A DNA stretch of 64,000 nucleotides from Candidatus Latescibacterota bacterium (GCA_963707635.1 OY970173.1:736001-800000); one strand, 5' to 3'. Positions 12,376 to 22,869 are shown, counted from the first letter of the stretch. Numbers and translations: made by a program. Notes: generated by a model not told the origin, from the sequence alone.

Positions 12376-13835
12376 GCCGCATCCCCCTGACCGTCGAACC
12401 GGTCCGCGCAATGGGCGACCAAGCAGACGGCGCCCTCGGTGTCCGGGCCGACCCGGGCCGATTCGCCCGTGACGACCCCGGGAACCCACACGATCTCACC
12501 GTTTCGTTCCACGACCGGGCTGGCGGCGCGTCTGCGAAACGGAATCCGCGCGTCGATGAACACGTCGCTCAACTTTCGATGCCCGCGCATGCCGAGCGGG
12601 CGCACGCGATCACCGGCGTGTGGCGCGCGTACGCGGAATTCATCACCCTCGGCCGTTGCCACGAAGGCGACGTGTGAGAACGGCGTCCCGCCGTCGCCGC
12701 GCGACGTCGTCAGGCGGGCGCGCGCATCCGCACCCGTGGTGCGATCGCCACGGATCGACCACCCCGCGATGTGGACCTCTCCCGGAATCTCCATTGGCTG
12801 CTCCACGATTGCCGGGCCGTCCGGCGCCGCGCCGGTTCGAACCGTGAACACCAGCGCGTCGTGCTCGCGCCGCACGCGCACGCGCGGCAAGTCGATCGAG
12901 GCGCCGACTTTGATCGACGCCAGGGCCTCGTAGTGGACCCGCGCCACGTCGTCGCGGCGATCGACGCGCTCGAGCACGTCGCCGATCATTGTTACGGTTG
13001 CTTCAGGGTCCAAGTCCGCCAGCGCCCACGCGCGCAGCGCCCACGATCCGGAAGCCTCGCGCTCCAGGGCCGCGTCGATTCGCGGCGTCGTGACGCGTCG
13101 AATCGCATCCAACTCCTGCGCTGCGGAATCCGCCAGGCGCACCAAGACGTTGTCTATAGATGGAAACACGCGACGCAGCGCCGGCAGGGTGTCGTGTCGA
13201 ATGGCGTTGCGCGAGAAACGGCGGTCGTCGTTGGATGGGTCGTGCACCCACGCGACACCGCGCACGGCACAATAGTCGGTCGTGTCCCAGCGCGTGACGC
13301 CGAGCAGCGGGCGCACGATGGCGCCGCGACACGCGGCAATCCCCACCAGCCCGCGGGTGCCGGCGCCGCGGAGGATGCGCATCAATACCGTCTCCGCCTG
13401 ATCCGACCTCGTGTGCGCGGTCGCAATCCAGTCGGTGGATTCGCGCCGCGCCGTTTGGAGCAGGAAATCGTAGCGCGCGCGGCGCGCGACCGCCTCGATC
13501 GACTCCCCGGTCCGGAGCGCCTCGGCGGCTACGTCGCCGGACCCGCAGACCGAGCGGATGCCGAGCCGCTCCGCGTGGGACGCCACCGCGTCGAAGTCAC
13601 GACCGCTGTCCGCGCGCAGGCGGTGGTCGAAGTGCGCCGCAATCACGCGCAGGCCCGGGCGCGCGCGTGACAGTGCACCCAGCGCATCCAGCATGGCCAT
13701 GGAGTCGACGCCGCCGGACACCGCCGCCAGCACGACGTCGCCTGCGCCAAACCACGGCGCGGCGAGCAGCGCGTGCTCGACCGGGTGCGTGGCGCTGGAG
13801 AGATCGCGTGCGGAAATCGTGCGGGAATCCGGCAT
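12372..13835 (-). CDS. tilS: tRNA(Ile)-lysidine synthetase
   Basis: AVSGGVDSM PP-loop, AHFDHRLR, TAHTRSDQAETVL, DPSN, C-terminal RKLSDVFID; start uncertain. Confidence 0.95.
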   Translation of the reverse strand: MPDSRTISARDLSSATHPVEHALLAAPWFGAGDVVLAAVSGGVDSMAMLDALGALSRARPGLRVIAAHFDHRLRADSGRDFDAVASHAERLGIRSVCGSGDVAAEALRTGESIEAVARRARYDFLLQTARRESTDWIATAHTRSDQAETVLMRILRGAGTRGLVGIAACRGAIVRPLLGVTRWDTTDYCAVRGVAWVHDPSNDDRRFSRNAIRHDTLPALRRVFPSIDNVLVRLADSAAQELDAIRRVTTPRIDAALEREASGSWALRAWALADLDPEATVTMIGDVLERVDRRDDVARVHYEALASIKVGASIDLPRVRVRREHDALVFTVRTGAAPDGPAIVEQPMEIPGEVHIAGWSIRGDRTTGADARARLTTSRGDGGTPFSHVAFVATAEGDEFRVRAPHAGDRVRPLGMRGHRKLSDVFIDARIPFRRRAASPVVERNGEIVWVPGVVTGESARVGPDTEGAVCLVAHCADRFDGQGDAA

Positions 13836-13874
13836 GAACGTCACTATACCACGCGTGCGAACTGGGAAAGGAAA

Positions 13875-13951
13875 TGGTGGCGGAGCAGGGATTCGAACCC
13901 CGGACACGCGGATTATGATTCCGCTGCTCTAACCAACTGAGCTACTCCGCC
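13875..13951 (-). tRNA. tRNA-Met (CAT)
   Basis: GGCGGAGTAGCTCAGTTGGTTAGAGCAGCGGAATCATAATCCGCGTGTCCGGGGTTCGAATCCCTGCTCCGCCACCA; cloverleaf with encoded CCA. Confidence 0.95.
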
Positions 13952-14007
13952 ACCGAATGTCGAGTGAACGTGACCGCAGGACGTGATGCGGGTACGAAGC
14001 GGCCTAG

Positions 14008-14036
14008 AATCTAGCGGACGGGCTCGACACTGTCAA
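14008..14036 (-). promoter_or_regulatory. Sigma70-type promoter for tRNA-Met/tilS operon
   Basis: TTGACA-17 bp-TAGATT on minus strand. Confidence 0.7.
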
Positions 14037-14076
14037 CCGGGCTAGATTCGTGCGAAGATAACGGTTCGGAGAAAGT

Positions 14077-16059
14077 TTGAAAAACCGGCCAAACATACTC
14101 CTGCTCTCGATTCTGACCCTTGCGGCGGGGTTGCGAATTTATGGCCTCGACTGGTCACTACCGCATACCTACGAGGAGGCGACACCGCTCCGCGTCGCGA
14201 TCGGCATGTGGGGCTGGCAGGCCAACGGACCAACGACACTCAACCCGCAGTTCTTCAACTATCCCAGCCTGACTTTCTATATCCACTTCCTGGCTCAGGG
14301 TGTCGTCTTTCTCTGCCTCCGCCTCGCAGGCGAGATCAAGTCGGTCAGCGACTGGGCTGTCCTGTATCTCACAAACCCTACGTCCCAGTACATTGGTTCG
14401 CGGCTGGTTGGTGTTTGTTTCGGCGTTGCGACAGTCTTCTTCCTCTACAAGCTCGCGAGGTCCGTGACAACAACTCACGGCGCGCTCCTTGGCGCGCTGC
14501 TGTTGGCGACAAGTCCGTTCCACATCGCGCGCTCGCAGATGATCGAAGTTGACATTCCGCTGACATTCTTTGTCGTTTTGGCTCTCTATGGCGTCATGAA
14601 CATCATCGAGCAGGGTCGATGGCGCGACTATGTTCTGACCGGTATCGCGATCGGGCTCGCCACATCGGCCAAATACACAGGCTTTTTTCTCGCCATACCT
14701 TTCATTGCTGCTCAGACTCTGACGTTCAAGTCAGAAGACGTTAAGCCTTCAGATAGGTGGAAGCGCATTGTTGGAGCGGTGTTTCTCGCGTTTGCGACGT
14801 TCGCCGCCACGTCGGCCTATGTGCTTGTGGATTTGCGGCAATCGTGGGCCGGGCTGTCGGTCGAGCGAGAACATATGGAGCTGGGTCACTTTGGCGTCAC
14901 GCAGTCTGCGTGGCGATTCTACGGCCATGCGCTCACGCACAGTTTGCTCGGCCTGTTGGGACTGGCGATGGGGATGGTAGGCACGACCTACACATGCATC
15001 AAACGATCGTCAAAGCCGGCCCTAGTCCTGGTGATCTTTTGCGTCATATATGTTTGCGTGATCGCGACCTGGTCGACAAAGGCCGACAGGTACCTTCTTC
15101 CCGTTTTTCCACCTCTGCTTGCCTTGGCCGCCAGCGGTGTACTAGTCACGACGGAATCCATCATGCGCGCTCTCGGTCGTCCTCAGGCAGCGACTATCGC
15201 GGCCGTTCTTCTCGTGCTGGGCTTGCTGACCTGGAATCTTGGAGGAATCAAACAGTACCGGGCAGAGATCCAGCACGATACGCGGACTGATGCTCAGAAC
15301 TGGATTGAGTCCAACCTTCCGAGCGGAGCTTTCATTGTTACGGAGGGCTACGGTCCCGACCTCTTGGACCCGTCAACAGTTTTGCAGCTTGATCCCCAGA
15401 TTCGGAAGCGCGTCCTTGAACGTTGGCGAGAACGACCCATTTTCGCAGTTAGCGCACTTCCCATGTACCAAACGCATCCGGAGCGGTCTGCTCCTTTCTA
15501 CACACTGTCGCTGTATCCCGACGCTGACTACTTCATAACGAGCAGTTCGATTCAAGGCCGATATGTGAGCGAGCCTAAACGATTTCGTGAGCAGACAGAC
15601 TTCTACGCGCAGCTCCAGAAGAGTTACAACTTGGTGCGTGAGTTTTCTCCGCGGCAGCCGGGCGGGATCCATTTGGCAGTGTATGAAACCAGTGAACACG
15701 ACCGCCCGTTCGGAGCGCGCGACTCTGTGACTGCTCCGACGCAACTTCAGCGCACGCCCGAGAACGCTACCGGTCGAGAAGCAGGCTTCTATTTCACGAT
15801 GGGTACGAATTACGAGTACTTCCATCACCCTGCAGAAGCAGCGGCCGCCTACAAGCTTGCACTCGAGTATCGTACTTCCAATCCACAGTTATTCTTGCAG
15901 TGCGTCTTGGGATACACACGTTGCCTAGTCAGGTCGGGACATGCCGACGAGGCTCTTCAGGTTCTCGACCAAATGAGCAGAGAGATCGACGACAAGCGCC
16001 TCAAGGGAGTACTCGCGCAGCTACGGGGCCAGATTAAAAGCGCGATTCAGAGGCGCTAA
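14077..16059 (+). CDS. Membrane glycosyltransferase (GT39/PMT/ArnT-like) with C-terminal TPR-like region
   Basis: LRIYGLDWSLP..YEE, FFNYPSL, multiple TM helices, GLATSAKY, RYLLP; TTG start. Confidence 0.8.
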   Translation: MKNRPNILLLSILTLAAGLRIYGLDWSLPHTYEEATPLRVAIGMWGWQANGPTTLNPQFFNYPSLTFYIHFLAQGVVFLCLRLAGEIKSVSDWAVLYLTNPTSQYIGSRLVGVCFGVATVFFLYKLARSVTTTHGALLGALLLATSPFHIARSQMIEVDIPLTFFVVLALYGVMNIIEQGRWRDYVLTGIAIGLATSAKYTGFFLAIPFIAAQTLTFKSEDVKPSDRWKRIVGAVFLAFATFAATSAYVLVDLRQSWAGLSVEREHMELGHFGVTQSAWRFYGHALTHSLLGLLGLAMGMVGTTYTCIKRSSKPALVLVIFCVIYVCVIATWSTKADRYLLPVFPPLLALAASGVLVTTESIMRALGRPQAATIAAVLLVLGLLTWNLGGIKQYRAEIQHDTRTDAQNWIESNLPSGAFIVTEGYGPDLLDPSTVLQLDPQIRKRVLERWRERPIFAVSALPMYQTHPERSAPFYTLSLYPDADYFITSSSIQGRYVSEPKRFREQTDFYAQLQKSYNLVREFSPRQPGGIHLAVYETSEHDRPFGARDSVTAPTQLQRTPENATGREAGFYFTMGTNYEYFHHPAEAAAAYKLALEYRTSNPQLFLQCVLGYTRCLVRSGHADEALQVLDQMSREIDDKRLKGVLAQLRGQIKSAIQRR

Positions 16060-16194
16060 TCCCAGCACGAGAGACTAGTATCAACACCCTCTGTACCGCT
16101 CAGAAGCCCTCGTCATCCGCAGTTCGCAAAACGGTTCGCGGTCGAGGGCGCTGCGTAGGTTATGTGATGTTGAGAAGTTAGCAGCGTTGAAAGG

Positions 16195-16239
16195 GGATTA
16201 TGATTCCGCTGCTCTAACCAACTGAGCTACTCCGCCACC
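16195..16239 (-). repeat. Displaced 5' half of tRNA-Met (att-like repeat)
   Basis: Exact copy of the tRNA 5' end through the anticodon arm plus 3 nt of leader. Confidence 0.9.
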
Positions 16240-16296
16240 CCTAGGAATTCATCAGGCAGCTCGTGTACTTCGACAAGCCCTGTCGTGCGGGACACC

Positions 16297-16325
16297 ACTG
16301 TAAAGGGCCTCATGGTTGCGGTCAA
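16297..16325 (-). promoter_or_regulatory. Sigma70-type promoter upstream of the tRNA half-copy
   Basis: TTGACC-17 bp-TACAGT on minus strand, at a similar distance from the half-copy as the promoter at 14008-14036 is from the intact tRNA. Confidence 0.55.
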
Positions 16326-16457
16326 TAAGCATACGAAGTCCTACAAGGTGCAGTGGCGACCGCCGGGGGTCTGGCCAGATTCGATCACTGGCACCCCAAT
16401 CCTGCGTTACCAGCGTGAGCGATGGGGTATACTAGGCGCCGAACCAGGAGGTTGGAC

Positions 16458-17018
16458 ATGAAACTTCGAAACCGAATCGTGGCCGCCGGTTGGGTCGCTC
16501 TGACCCTGTCGACAGCCGTCTGCGCGCACGCGCAAGAAGTCGTGGACCAGGAGAATCTTCCCAACGGGACGTTGCAGTACGTGAGCTGCGGGGTCGGTCC
16601 CGGCAGCATCTCGCAGGGATTCACGCCCGCCCTCTCGCCGCTCACGGCGGTCGAGATCATGTTGTATCTGGCGCCGCCGCAGGTGGGCTCACGGACGGTC
16701 CGCATCCGATCGGGCGCAGTCGACGGTCCCATCGTCGGCGAGACCAGCGCGGAGAACCAGGCGGGGTGGACGCGCTACGACTTCGCGGGTGGTGTCGTCG
16801 TCGTGCCGGGGCAGCTCTACGTCATCGAGGCGGTGTACGCCGGGACCGGCGTATACACTGCCTGGAACAGCGCGGGCACGTACCCGGGTGGACACGCCTA
16901 CGGGTGCACGAACAACTCAAATCTCAACGGCGACGTGGTCTTCCGGACGTACGCCAACACGACGTTGCCGACGCGAGAGGTGACGTGGGGGACGGTGAAG
17001 ACGCTGTACACAGACTAG
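16458..17018 (+). CDS. Secreted protein with C-terminal TWGxxKxLY motif
   Basis: AGGAGG RBS, signal peptide ending AHA, C-terminus REVTWGTVKTLYTD. Confidence 0.8.
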   Translation: MKLRNRIVAAGWVALTLSTAVCAHAQEVVDQENLPNGTLQYVSCGVGPGSISQGFTPALSPLTAVEIMLYLAPPQVGSRTVRIRSGAVDGPIVGETSAENQAGWTRYDFAGGVVVVPGQLYVIEAVYAGTGVYTAWNSAGTYPGGHAYGCTNNSNLNGDVVFRTYANTTLPTREVTWGTVKTLYTD

Positions 17019-17881
17019 AAACTCGAGCGTGCCCGTCGTTGGTTCACTCGCGTCCTTGCAATGCGAATTCCCATCGGAAGCATCAGGACGCCCGGAATCA
17101 CCCAAATCAGCACGTACACCACCCTCTCACCAATCCACTTCCGGTAATGGTACCATCTCGATCCATTTCGACTGATTACCAGGGTCTCTCCCTTTCCATA
17201 GATCCTCATGAGGTTGCTGACCGTCGGCTCGTCGTATCCGGCTTTCGAGTAAGAGTCCGCCACCAATTCCGGATTCTTTTCGATAGTGGATATATCGAAG
17301 GGGATCGTCACGCCGTAGTCGGGATCCGCCACCCACCATGTGCCGCTCTGCTCATCGCTGACCTCGGCTTGCAGAACCACGTGCTCGCCGGACAAGAGAA
17401 TGACTCTCGACTGGAGTCCTTTGCGCCTGAGTACCGCGCCTTCTATGATCACACTCTGAGAACATAGACCGACCCCGCGTTCGATCGCCCGCTTGTAGTT
17501 TGCAAATTCGTACTTCCGGAATCGGCCGGGGAAGACAAAACTCGCGAAGTACAACAGGTAGTTCTCGTGAAACGGGACTCGCAGATGGTACTTGTCGATG
17601 CCTGCGTCCTCCCAGTAATGCGCGATACCCTTGCCCACCGCGTCGGTCAGGTTCTCCACGTAGAGCGGCTTGCGGCCGTCATACGAATTGATCACTTCGT
17701 AGAGCTGCTCTTCTGTCAGCGTGAGATCGGCAGGACTTCGCAGCGTCTCATGGTAGATGGCGGGGTTGCGAAGATTCGTGAATAGACCCACGACGCTCGC
17801 CGCGAGCAAGGCGGCCCCGATGAAAAACGCGGGCACCACGAGTCGTTGGCAGAGAGCGTGAACTCTGGCTGATTTCGTCAA
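17015..17881 (-). CDS. Membrane-anchored hypothetical protein, possible transglutaminase-like fold
   Basis: N- and C-terminal TM helices; GLCSQ...HVV...VADPD resembles a Cys-His-Asp triad. Confidence 0.55.
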   Translation of the reverse strand: MTKSARVHALCQRLVVPAFFIGAALLAASVVGLFTNLRNPAIYHETLRSPADLTLTEEQLYEVINSYDGRKPLYVENLTDAVGKGIAHYWEDAGIDKYHLRVPFHENYLLYFASFVFPGRFRKYEFANYKRAIERGVGLCSQSVIIEGAVLRRKGLQSRVILLSGEHVVLQAEVSDEQSGTWWVADPDYGVTIPFDISTIEKNPELVADSYSKAGYDEPTVSNLMRIYGKGETLVISRNGSRWYHYRKWIGERVVYVLIWVIPGVLMLPMGIRIARTRVNQRRARSSF

Positions 17882-18278
17882 CGCTGCCCCCTTTCGGGAG
17901 TTGCAACATCCAGCTAACGAATCCTATCCGCCCCTCGAACTCTTGCCCAAGTCGGGTGACCCTGGGGATTGGCTCCAGAAGGTTAGCAGGCGAGGAAGAA
18001 GAGGGCAAGATTGCCGGCGGTCTGAGTAAAAAATGTTCTGTTGCTCGCGTTCGTTCTGCAATCGTGTACCCGGGCCATCGACATATCGCTCGATGACCCC
18101 GAGTTCTTCGATTTGACCGACGCACCCGGCGGTGTCAACCGGCACGAATGCCGAGCGCGCGTCGTCTGCTCTGGTGTATACTGACCGGCACGCCGTCTGG
18201 GCAGAGGACGCGCATCGGCGCATACCGGTGCGCGTCGGCATTTTGGGTTCGCCCCGGTTGTGGCGCACAGGGACCGCC

Positions 18279-19289
18279 ATGAATTTTTACACGCCCGCCG
18301 ATCTCACTCGCAACCTGCTCGACGGCGCGACCATTGCCGTGCTCGGTTTCGGCAACCAGGGCCACGCGCACGCGCTGAATCTGCGCGACCGAAAGGCGCG
18401 CGTGGTGGTGGGCGCGCGCCGCGCCGGGGCGGGGTGGAACGCGGCCGTGCGCGAGGGATTCGAGACGCGCGAGGTTGCGCAGGCGGTGGCGGAGGCGGAC
18501 GCGGTCGTGGTCCTCCTGCCGGACGAGGTGCAGGGGGAAATTTTCGCGCGCGAAATCGAGCCCGAGCTTAAAGATGGCGCCGTGATCGTGTTCGCGCACG
18601 GTTTTACGATTGCCTTCGGCGTGCTCGCACCGCCGCATGGCCACGACGTCGTGCTGGTGGCGCCCAAAGGGCAGGGGCATTTTCTGCGCCGGGCTTTTCT
18701 CGAAGGCACCGGGTTGCCGTGCCTGATCGCGGTCGCGTCCGACGCGTCGGGTTCGGCGCAGGCGAAGGCGCTCTCGTACGCGCACCTGATCGGCTGCCTC
18801 GACGCTGGCGCGATCGAGACCACGTTTCGCGAAGAAGCCGTCACGGATCTCTTCGGCGAGCAGGCCGTGCTGTGCGGCGGCGTCCCGGAGTTGGTCAAGG
18901 CGGCGTTCGAGACGCTCGTGCAACGCGGCTACGCGCCCGAGGTCGCGTACCTCGAGTGCATGCACGAGCTCAAGATCATTTCCGACCTCATGTACGAGGG
19001 TGGGCTGCACCACATGCGCGAGCGCATCAGCGCGACCGCCGCGTGGGGGAGTTTCGAGAGTGGACCGCGCATCGTGACCGACGAAACACGCCGCGCCCTG
19101 GGGGCGATTCTGGACGACATAGAGTCCGGGAGCTTCGCGCGGGCATGGGCCGAGGAGGCGCGCTCCGGCGGTAAGCGGCTCTCGGCGCGACTTCGCGCCG
19201 AAGCCGACGACCCGATCGAGCACGCCGGGCGCGAGGTGCGTTCGCTCATGCACCGCGCCCATCAACCGCGCAAAGGAAGGCGATCATGA
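18279..19289 (+). CDS. ilvC: Ketol-acid reductoisomerase
   Basis: LGFGNQGHAHALNLRD, FAHGF, VAPKGQGH, DLFGEQAVLCGG, ECMHELK. Confidence 0.96.
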   Translation: MNFYTPADLTRNLLDGATIAVLGFGNQGHAHALNLRDRKARVVVGARRAGAGWNAAVREGFETREVAQAVAEADAVVVLLPDEVQGEIFAREIEPELKDGAVIVFAHGFTIAFGVLAPPHGHDVVLVAPKGQGHFLRRAFLEGTGLPCLIAVASDASGSAQAKALSYAHLIGCLDAGAIETTFREEAVTDLFGEQAVLCGGVPELVKAAFETLVQRGYAPEVAYLECMHELKIISDLMYEGGLHHMRERISATAAWGSFESGPRIVTDETRRALGAILDDIESGSFARAWAEEARSGGKRLSARLRAEADDPIEHAGREVRSLMHRAHQPRKGRRS

Positions 19290-20191
19290 CGAGAAGCAGA
19301 CCGGTTATGTGGGCAGCGGTGATGGCCGTGACACTGGCCGTCGCGTTCGCGGTGGGGGGGTGCGGCGAGAAGAAGGAGCCCGCGAAGCGGGTCACCTACG
19401 TGCCACCACGTTCGCTCGACCGCAACCTGAATCCGATCGAGCTCGACAGCTTGATCCAGATGAAAGTCTCGTACAAGGTCACGCGCGACGAATACTGGGA
19501 CGCCTACGGCGGGGTGCTGGCCAACGACGCCATCGAGGTCTGGTACCCGAAGGGCCGGGTGAACGCCTTCCAGGGCATCAGCGTTCTGAAGCAGATGGAA
19601 CTGGCCCGCCGCAACACGGAGAAGCTCTTCGGCCGGGCGCCGTCGACCCGGCTCACGGTGGTGTGCTCGGGTGATCTCGATATGTTCCGCGCCGCCACCG
19701 GACGCGACTGGTGGAACTACTCACTGATCAAGGGCGACACTCTGAATTTGCAATCGCCGATGGATCTCTTCGCCCGCGGGCTGCTCACGATCGCGGCCCC
19801 GCACGAGTACTACGAGTGGGCGATCAACAACCTTGCCAACCATCGGGCTCCCCGCTGGCTGGATGAGGGGCTGGCGTCGCTGCTCGCGAAAGAAGCGGCC
19901 GTGCTCGAGGGCCAAACCACCGAGTTTGGCGAGCAAGGGACGAACATGTCGTTTCACGACATGGAGAATGCGCTGCGCAGCGAGAAGGACCGCATTCCGG
20001 CCCGCCGTGCGTACTACAACGCGTATCGCATGGTGGAAAAGCTCACGCTGACGCGGGGCCAGTCGGCGGTGCTGGCGTTCGTGCTCGACTGCGGAGAGGA
20101 GAAGAACCTCGACGCCGCGTCGAAGCGCGCCTTCGGGGTGGACTACGACGCCCTTGTCGAGGAAGCGCGCAGCTGGGCGGCGGCGCCGTAG
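19286..20191 (+). CDS. Lipoprotein with peptidase MA-like region
   Basis: Lipobox VGGC; APHEYYE...PRWLDEGLA (second His of HExxH missing). Confidence 0.6.
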   Translation: MTRSRPVMWAAVMAVTLAVAFAVGGCGEKKEPAKRVTYVPPRSLDRNLNPIELDSLIQMKVSYKVTRDEYWDAYGGVLANDAIEVWYPKGRVNAFQGISVLKQMELARRNTEKLFGRAPSTRLTVVCSGDLDMFRAATGRDWWNYSLIKGDTLNLQSPMDLFARGLLTIAAPHEYYEWAINNLANHRAPRWLDEGLASLLAKEAAVLEGQTTEFGEQGTNMSFHDMENALRSEKDRIPARRAYYNAYRMVEKLTLTRGQSAVLAFVLDCGEEKNLDAASKRAFGVDYDALVEEARSWAAAP

Positions 20192-20299
20192 CCCGATGAG
20201 GGGGGACTATGCGCGAATTCTCCGCTCATGCACTTCGCGCGCGATAGTTGAAAGCGCGCCGCGTGAATTCGCCTCGAACTCGCGAGTAGTCCCCGGACT

Positions 20300-21523
20300 C
20301 TACCTGACGACGCGCATCGCCGACTCGAGCTGCGCCAGGCGCTGCTCCAGCGAGCCCGTGATCCCTACCGACAGACGCACCAGACCCGGGGAAATCCCGG
20401 CCCGCCCTAGGTCCACGGTCGACATCTCGCTCGAAGTCGAGCTCGCGGACGCGGACATGAGCGTGTCCGTGAAGCCCAGGCTTACCGCGATGAATCCGAA
20501 CTTCTCCCGGTGCTGCAGGTGCTCCATGAACCGGTTCGCGCGCTCGCTGGTTCCGAGGTCGACGGCGACGATACCGCCCCAGCCGTAACCCTCGTTCATG
20601 AGGCGCGCGAGGCGCTGGTGGTGCGGATGACTGGCCAGGCCGGGGTAGCGCACGTCGAGTCCCGCGCGCGCCAGCACCTCGGCCATCGCCAGCGCGCGGC
20701 GCCCGTGTTCGGCCATGCGTACTCCCAGGTGGGGCAGGCGCGTGCTCAATTCGAAGGCCACGCGCGGGTCCATGGTCGGGCCGACCAGCATCAGGGCCCC
20801 GCTGTTCACGTCCATCATCCTCGACACGAGTTCCTTCGACCCGCACACGACGCCCGCGATGATGTCGGAAGATCCGCTGACGAACTTGGTCAGGCTGTGC
20901 ACGACGACGTCGGCACCGTGGCGGGCGGGGGTGACGATGAGCGGGGCGAAGGTGTTGTCGACGACGAGCGCCGCTCCGCGGCGGTGCGCCGTTTCCGCCA
21001 GCCGCGGCAGGTCGGCGACCACGAGGGTCGGGTTTGCCATCGTCTCCACGTAGAGGATGCGCGTGCGTTCGCTGAACGCCTGCTCGACGGCGGCAGGGTT
21101 CTCGACGTCGACGAAGGTCGTATGCACGTTGCATCGTTCGGGCAGGAAGTTCTTCATGAGTGCGTAGGTGCCGCCGTAGAGCGTGTCGCTCGCGACGATG
21201 TGGTCGCCGTGCCGGCACGTCTGCAGGAGGGCGGCGGCGATCGCGCTGATCCCGCTCGCCGTGGCGTACGCGGTCTCGGTGGCTTCCATGGCCGCGAGCT
21301 GCCGCGCGAGCGCGTAGACGGTGGGGTTGTAATGGCGACCGTACAGGTAGCAGCCGCCTCCGCGGGCTTCCGGGCCCAGCAGGCCGTGGAAGATGTCGGG
21401 CATGGTGGCCGCGTGCATCACCGTGAAGGTGGTGCTCGCCTCGATCGACATGTTCACGCCGCCGTGTTCCCCGAACTCGTGACGCGTGGCCGCCATGGCT
21501 TCCATCGGATCGAACGGTTTCAT
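20300..21523 (-). CDS. PLP-dependent trans-sulfuration enzyme (methionine gamma-lyase/cystathionine gamma-synthase family)
   Basis: YGRHYNPT, SGISAI, ETMANPT, VVDNTFA, HSLTKF, LVRLSVG. Confidence 0.9.
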   Translation of the reverse strand: MKPFDPMEAMAATRHEFGEHGGVNMSIEASTTFTVMHAATMPDIFHGLLGPEARGGGCYLYGRHYNPTVYALARQLAAMEATETAYATASGISAIAAALLQTCRHGDHIVASDTLYGGTYALMKNFLPERCNVHTTFVDVENPAAVEQAFSERTRILYVETMANPTLVVADLPRLAETAHRRGAALVVDNTFAPLIVTPARHGADVVVHSLTKFVSGSSDIIAGVVCGSKELVSRMMDVNSGALMLVGPTMDPRVAFELSTRLPHLGVRMAEHGRRALAMAEVLARAGLDVRYPGLASHPHHQRLARLMNEGYGWGGIVAVDLGTSERANRFMEHLQHREKFGFIAVSLGFTDTLMSASASSTSSEMSTVDLGRAGISPGLVRLSVGITGSLEQRLAQLESAMRVVR

Positions 21524-22869
21524 TTTCGGCTCCTCGCCGCGGCCATGAACTTCATCCAGGAACGGCGCGGGACAATGAAGCGCGCCAGCAAGAGTCCGGT
21601 CACCAGCGCGACGCCGGTCAGCACCATCGTGAACGCCGTCTGCAACCCCGAAACCGGGTCGCGCGCGATCATGTCGGTAATGCTGCGGAAGCCGACGCTG
21701 CCTGGGACCAGCATCAGGATGCCGGGAGTCGAGGTGACGACGGCGGGTCGATTGAACAGGCGCGAGTGCAGGCCGCTCGCGACGCCCACCAGCATCGCGC
21801 CGATGAAGGCGCCGGTCTCGATGCCGAGCGCCCACGCGCCCGCGCGCGCGCCCGCGAAGGCGAGCGCGCACACCGCGAGAATCCAGCCCACGTCGCGCGG
21901 GTTGGCTTGGAACTGCACGGTCAGCGCGAGCGGCGCGAAAACCAGCGCCAGCGCCAGCGTCCACCCCGGCAGCCCGATCGGCTCGGCGACCACCGCAGGC
22001 GCGCCGAACATCGCACCTCCCGCCTTCAGCCCGAGCACGAGGCCAAACCCGATCGACATGAACAGGATCGCGGCCGCCATCAGGCGCGCGGTGCCGGAGG
22101 CGAGGTGGCTCGTGGCCAGCTCGCCGATCGCGGTGGTGAGGGTCAGCCCCGGGATGAGAACGATGAGGCCGCCGCACATCGCCACGTAGAGCGAGGTCGG
22201 AGGCAGCAGCACCACCGCGGCGGACGCGCACACGCCGGCCACGAACGCGGCGATCGGTTCGAACAGACGGAAACGCGAATCGCGCCGCGCGATCAGCGCG
22301 AGCAACCCGGTCACGAAGCCGATCGCGCCGCACACGACGATCTCGCGCCACCCGCCGCCGAAGAAGCGCGCCGCCGCGGCCGACGCGAACACCGAGGCGA
22401 CGACCCTCGTCTTGCCCTTGTAGCGCGGCGGCGTCGCGCGAATCTCGTCGATCGCGCGTGACGCGTCGGCCGGCGACACCTCGCCCCTGGCCACGGCGTG
22501 CGCGAGCGCGTCGAGGCGCGAGAGCTTGTCGAGGTTGACCGACCCCGGCTCCACACGGATCAGCATGGTCTCGTCGACGTCCTCCGACTCGAGGGACGCG
22601 AAGATCGCGGTCGGGGTCGCGAAGAACTCGCCGCGAAGTCCGAGCCGCCGGGCCACCAGCGTGAGCGCATCCTCGACGTTGGGCGCGGCGTAGCCGTAGC
22701 GGTGCAGCGCCCGCGCGAGCTTGTCGACGAATGCGACCGCCTCGCGGCCCTCCCGCGTGGTCGCACTCGCCCGTCGCGCCGGCGCGGCCGGCATGGCCGG
22801 CTCTGCGAGCGCGCGCGGATCCGGGCGCGGATCGGATCGCCAGAAGAATTCGAGCAGGCGGTTGGGCAT
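21520..22869 (-). CDS. Threonine/serine exporter (ThrE family)
   Basis: ALHRYG...VEDAL, IVLIPGLTLTTAIGEL, ILMLVPGS; about 10 TM helices. Confidence 0.85.
   Translation of the reverse strand: MPNRLLEFFWRSDPRPDPRALAEPAMPAAPARRASATTREGREAVAFVDKLARALHRYGYAAPNVEDALTLVARRLGLRGEFFATPTAIFASLESEDVDETMLIRVEPGSVNLDKLSRLDALAHAVARGEVSPADASRAIDEIRATPPRYKGKTRVVASVFASAAAARFFGGGWREIVVCGAIGFVTGLLALIARRDSRFRLFEPIAAFVAGVCASAAVVLLPPTSLYVAMCGGLIVLIPGLTLTTAIGELATSHLASGTARLMAAAILFMSIGFGLVLGLKAGGAMFGAPAVVAEPIGLPGWTLALALVFAPLALTVQFQANPRDVGWILAVCALAFAGARAGAWALGIETGAFIGAMLVGVASGLHSRLFNRPAVVTSTPGILMLVPGSVGFRSITDMIARDPVSGLQTAFTMVLTGVALVTGLLLARFIVPRRSWMKFMAAARSRK

Larger units (their letters stand above)
13910..16239. mobile_element. 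Small integrase-less genomic island at tRNA-Met bounded by 45-bp direct repeats
   Basis: 13910-13954 is identical to 16195-16239; the interior is visibly lower in GC and carries one gene. Confidence 0.75.

Noticed and set aside
13875..13951. tRNA(CAT) next to tilS as tRNA-Ile2
   Set aside because: The acceptor stem begins GGCGGAG and lacks the C4/C5 pattern of E. coli Ile2, so elongator Met fits better. An isotype-specific model is needed to be sure.
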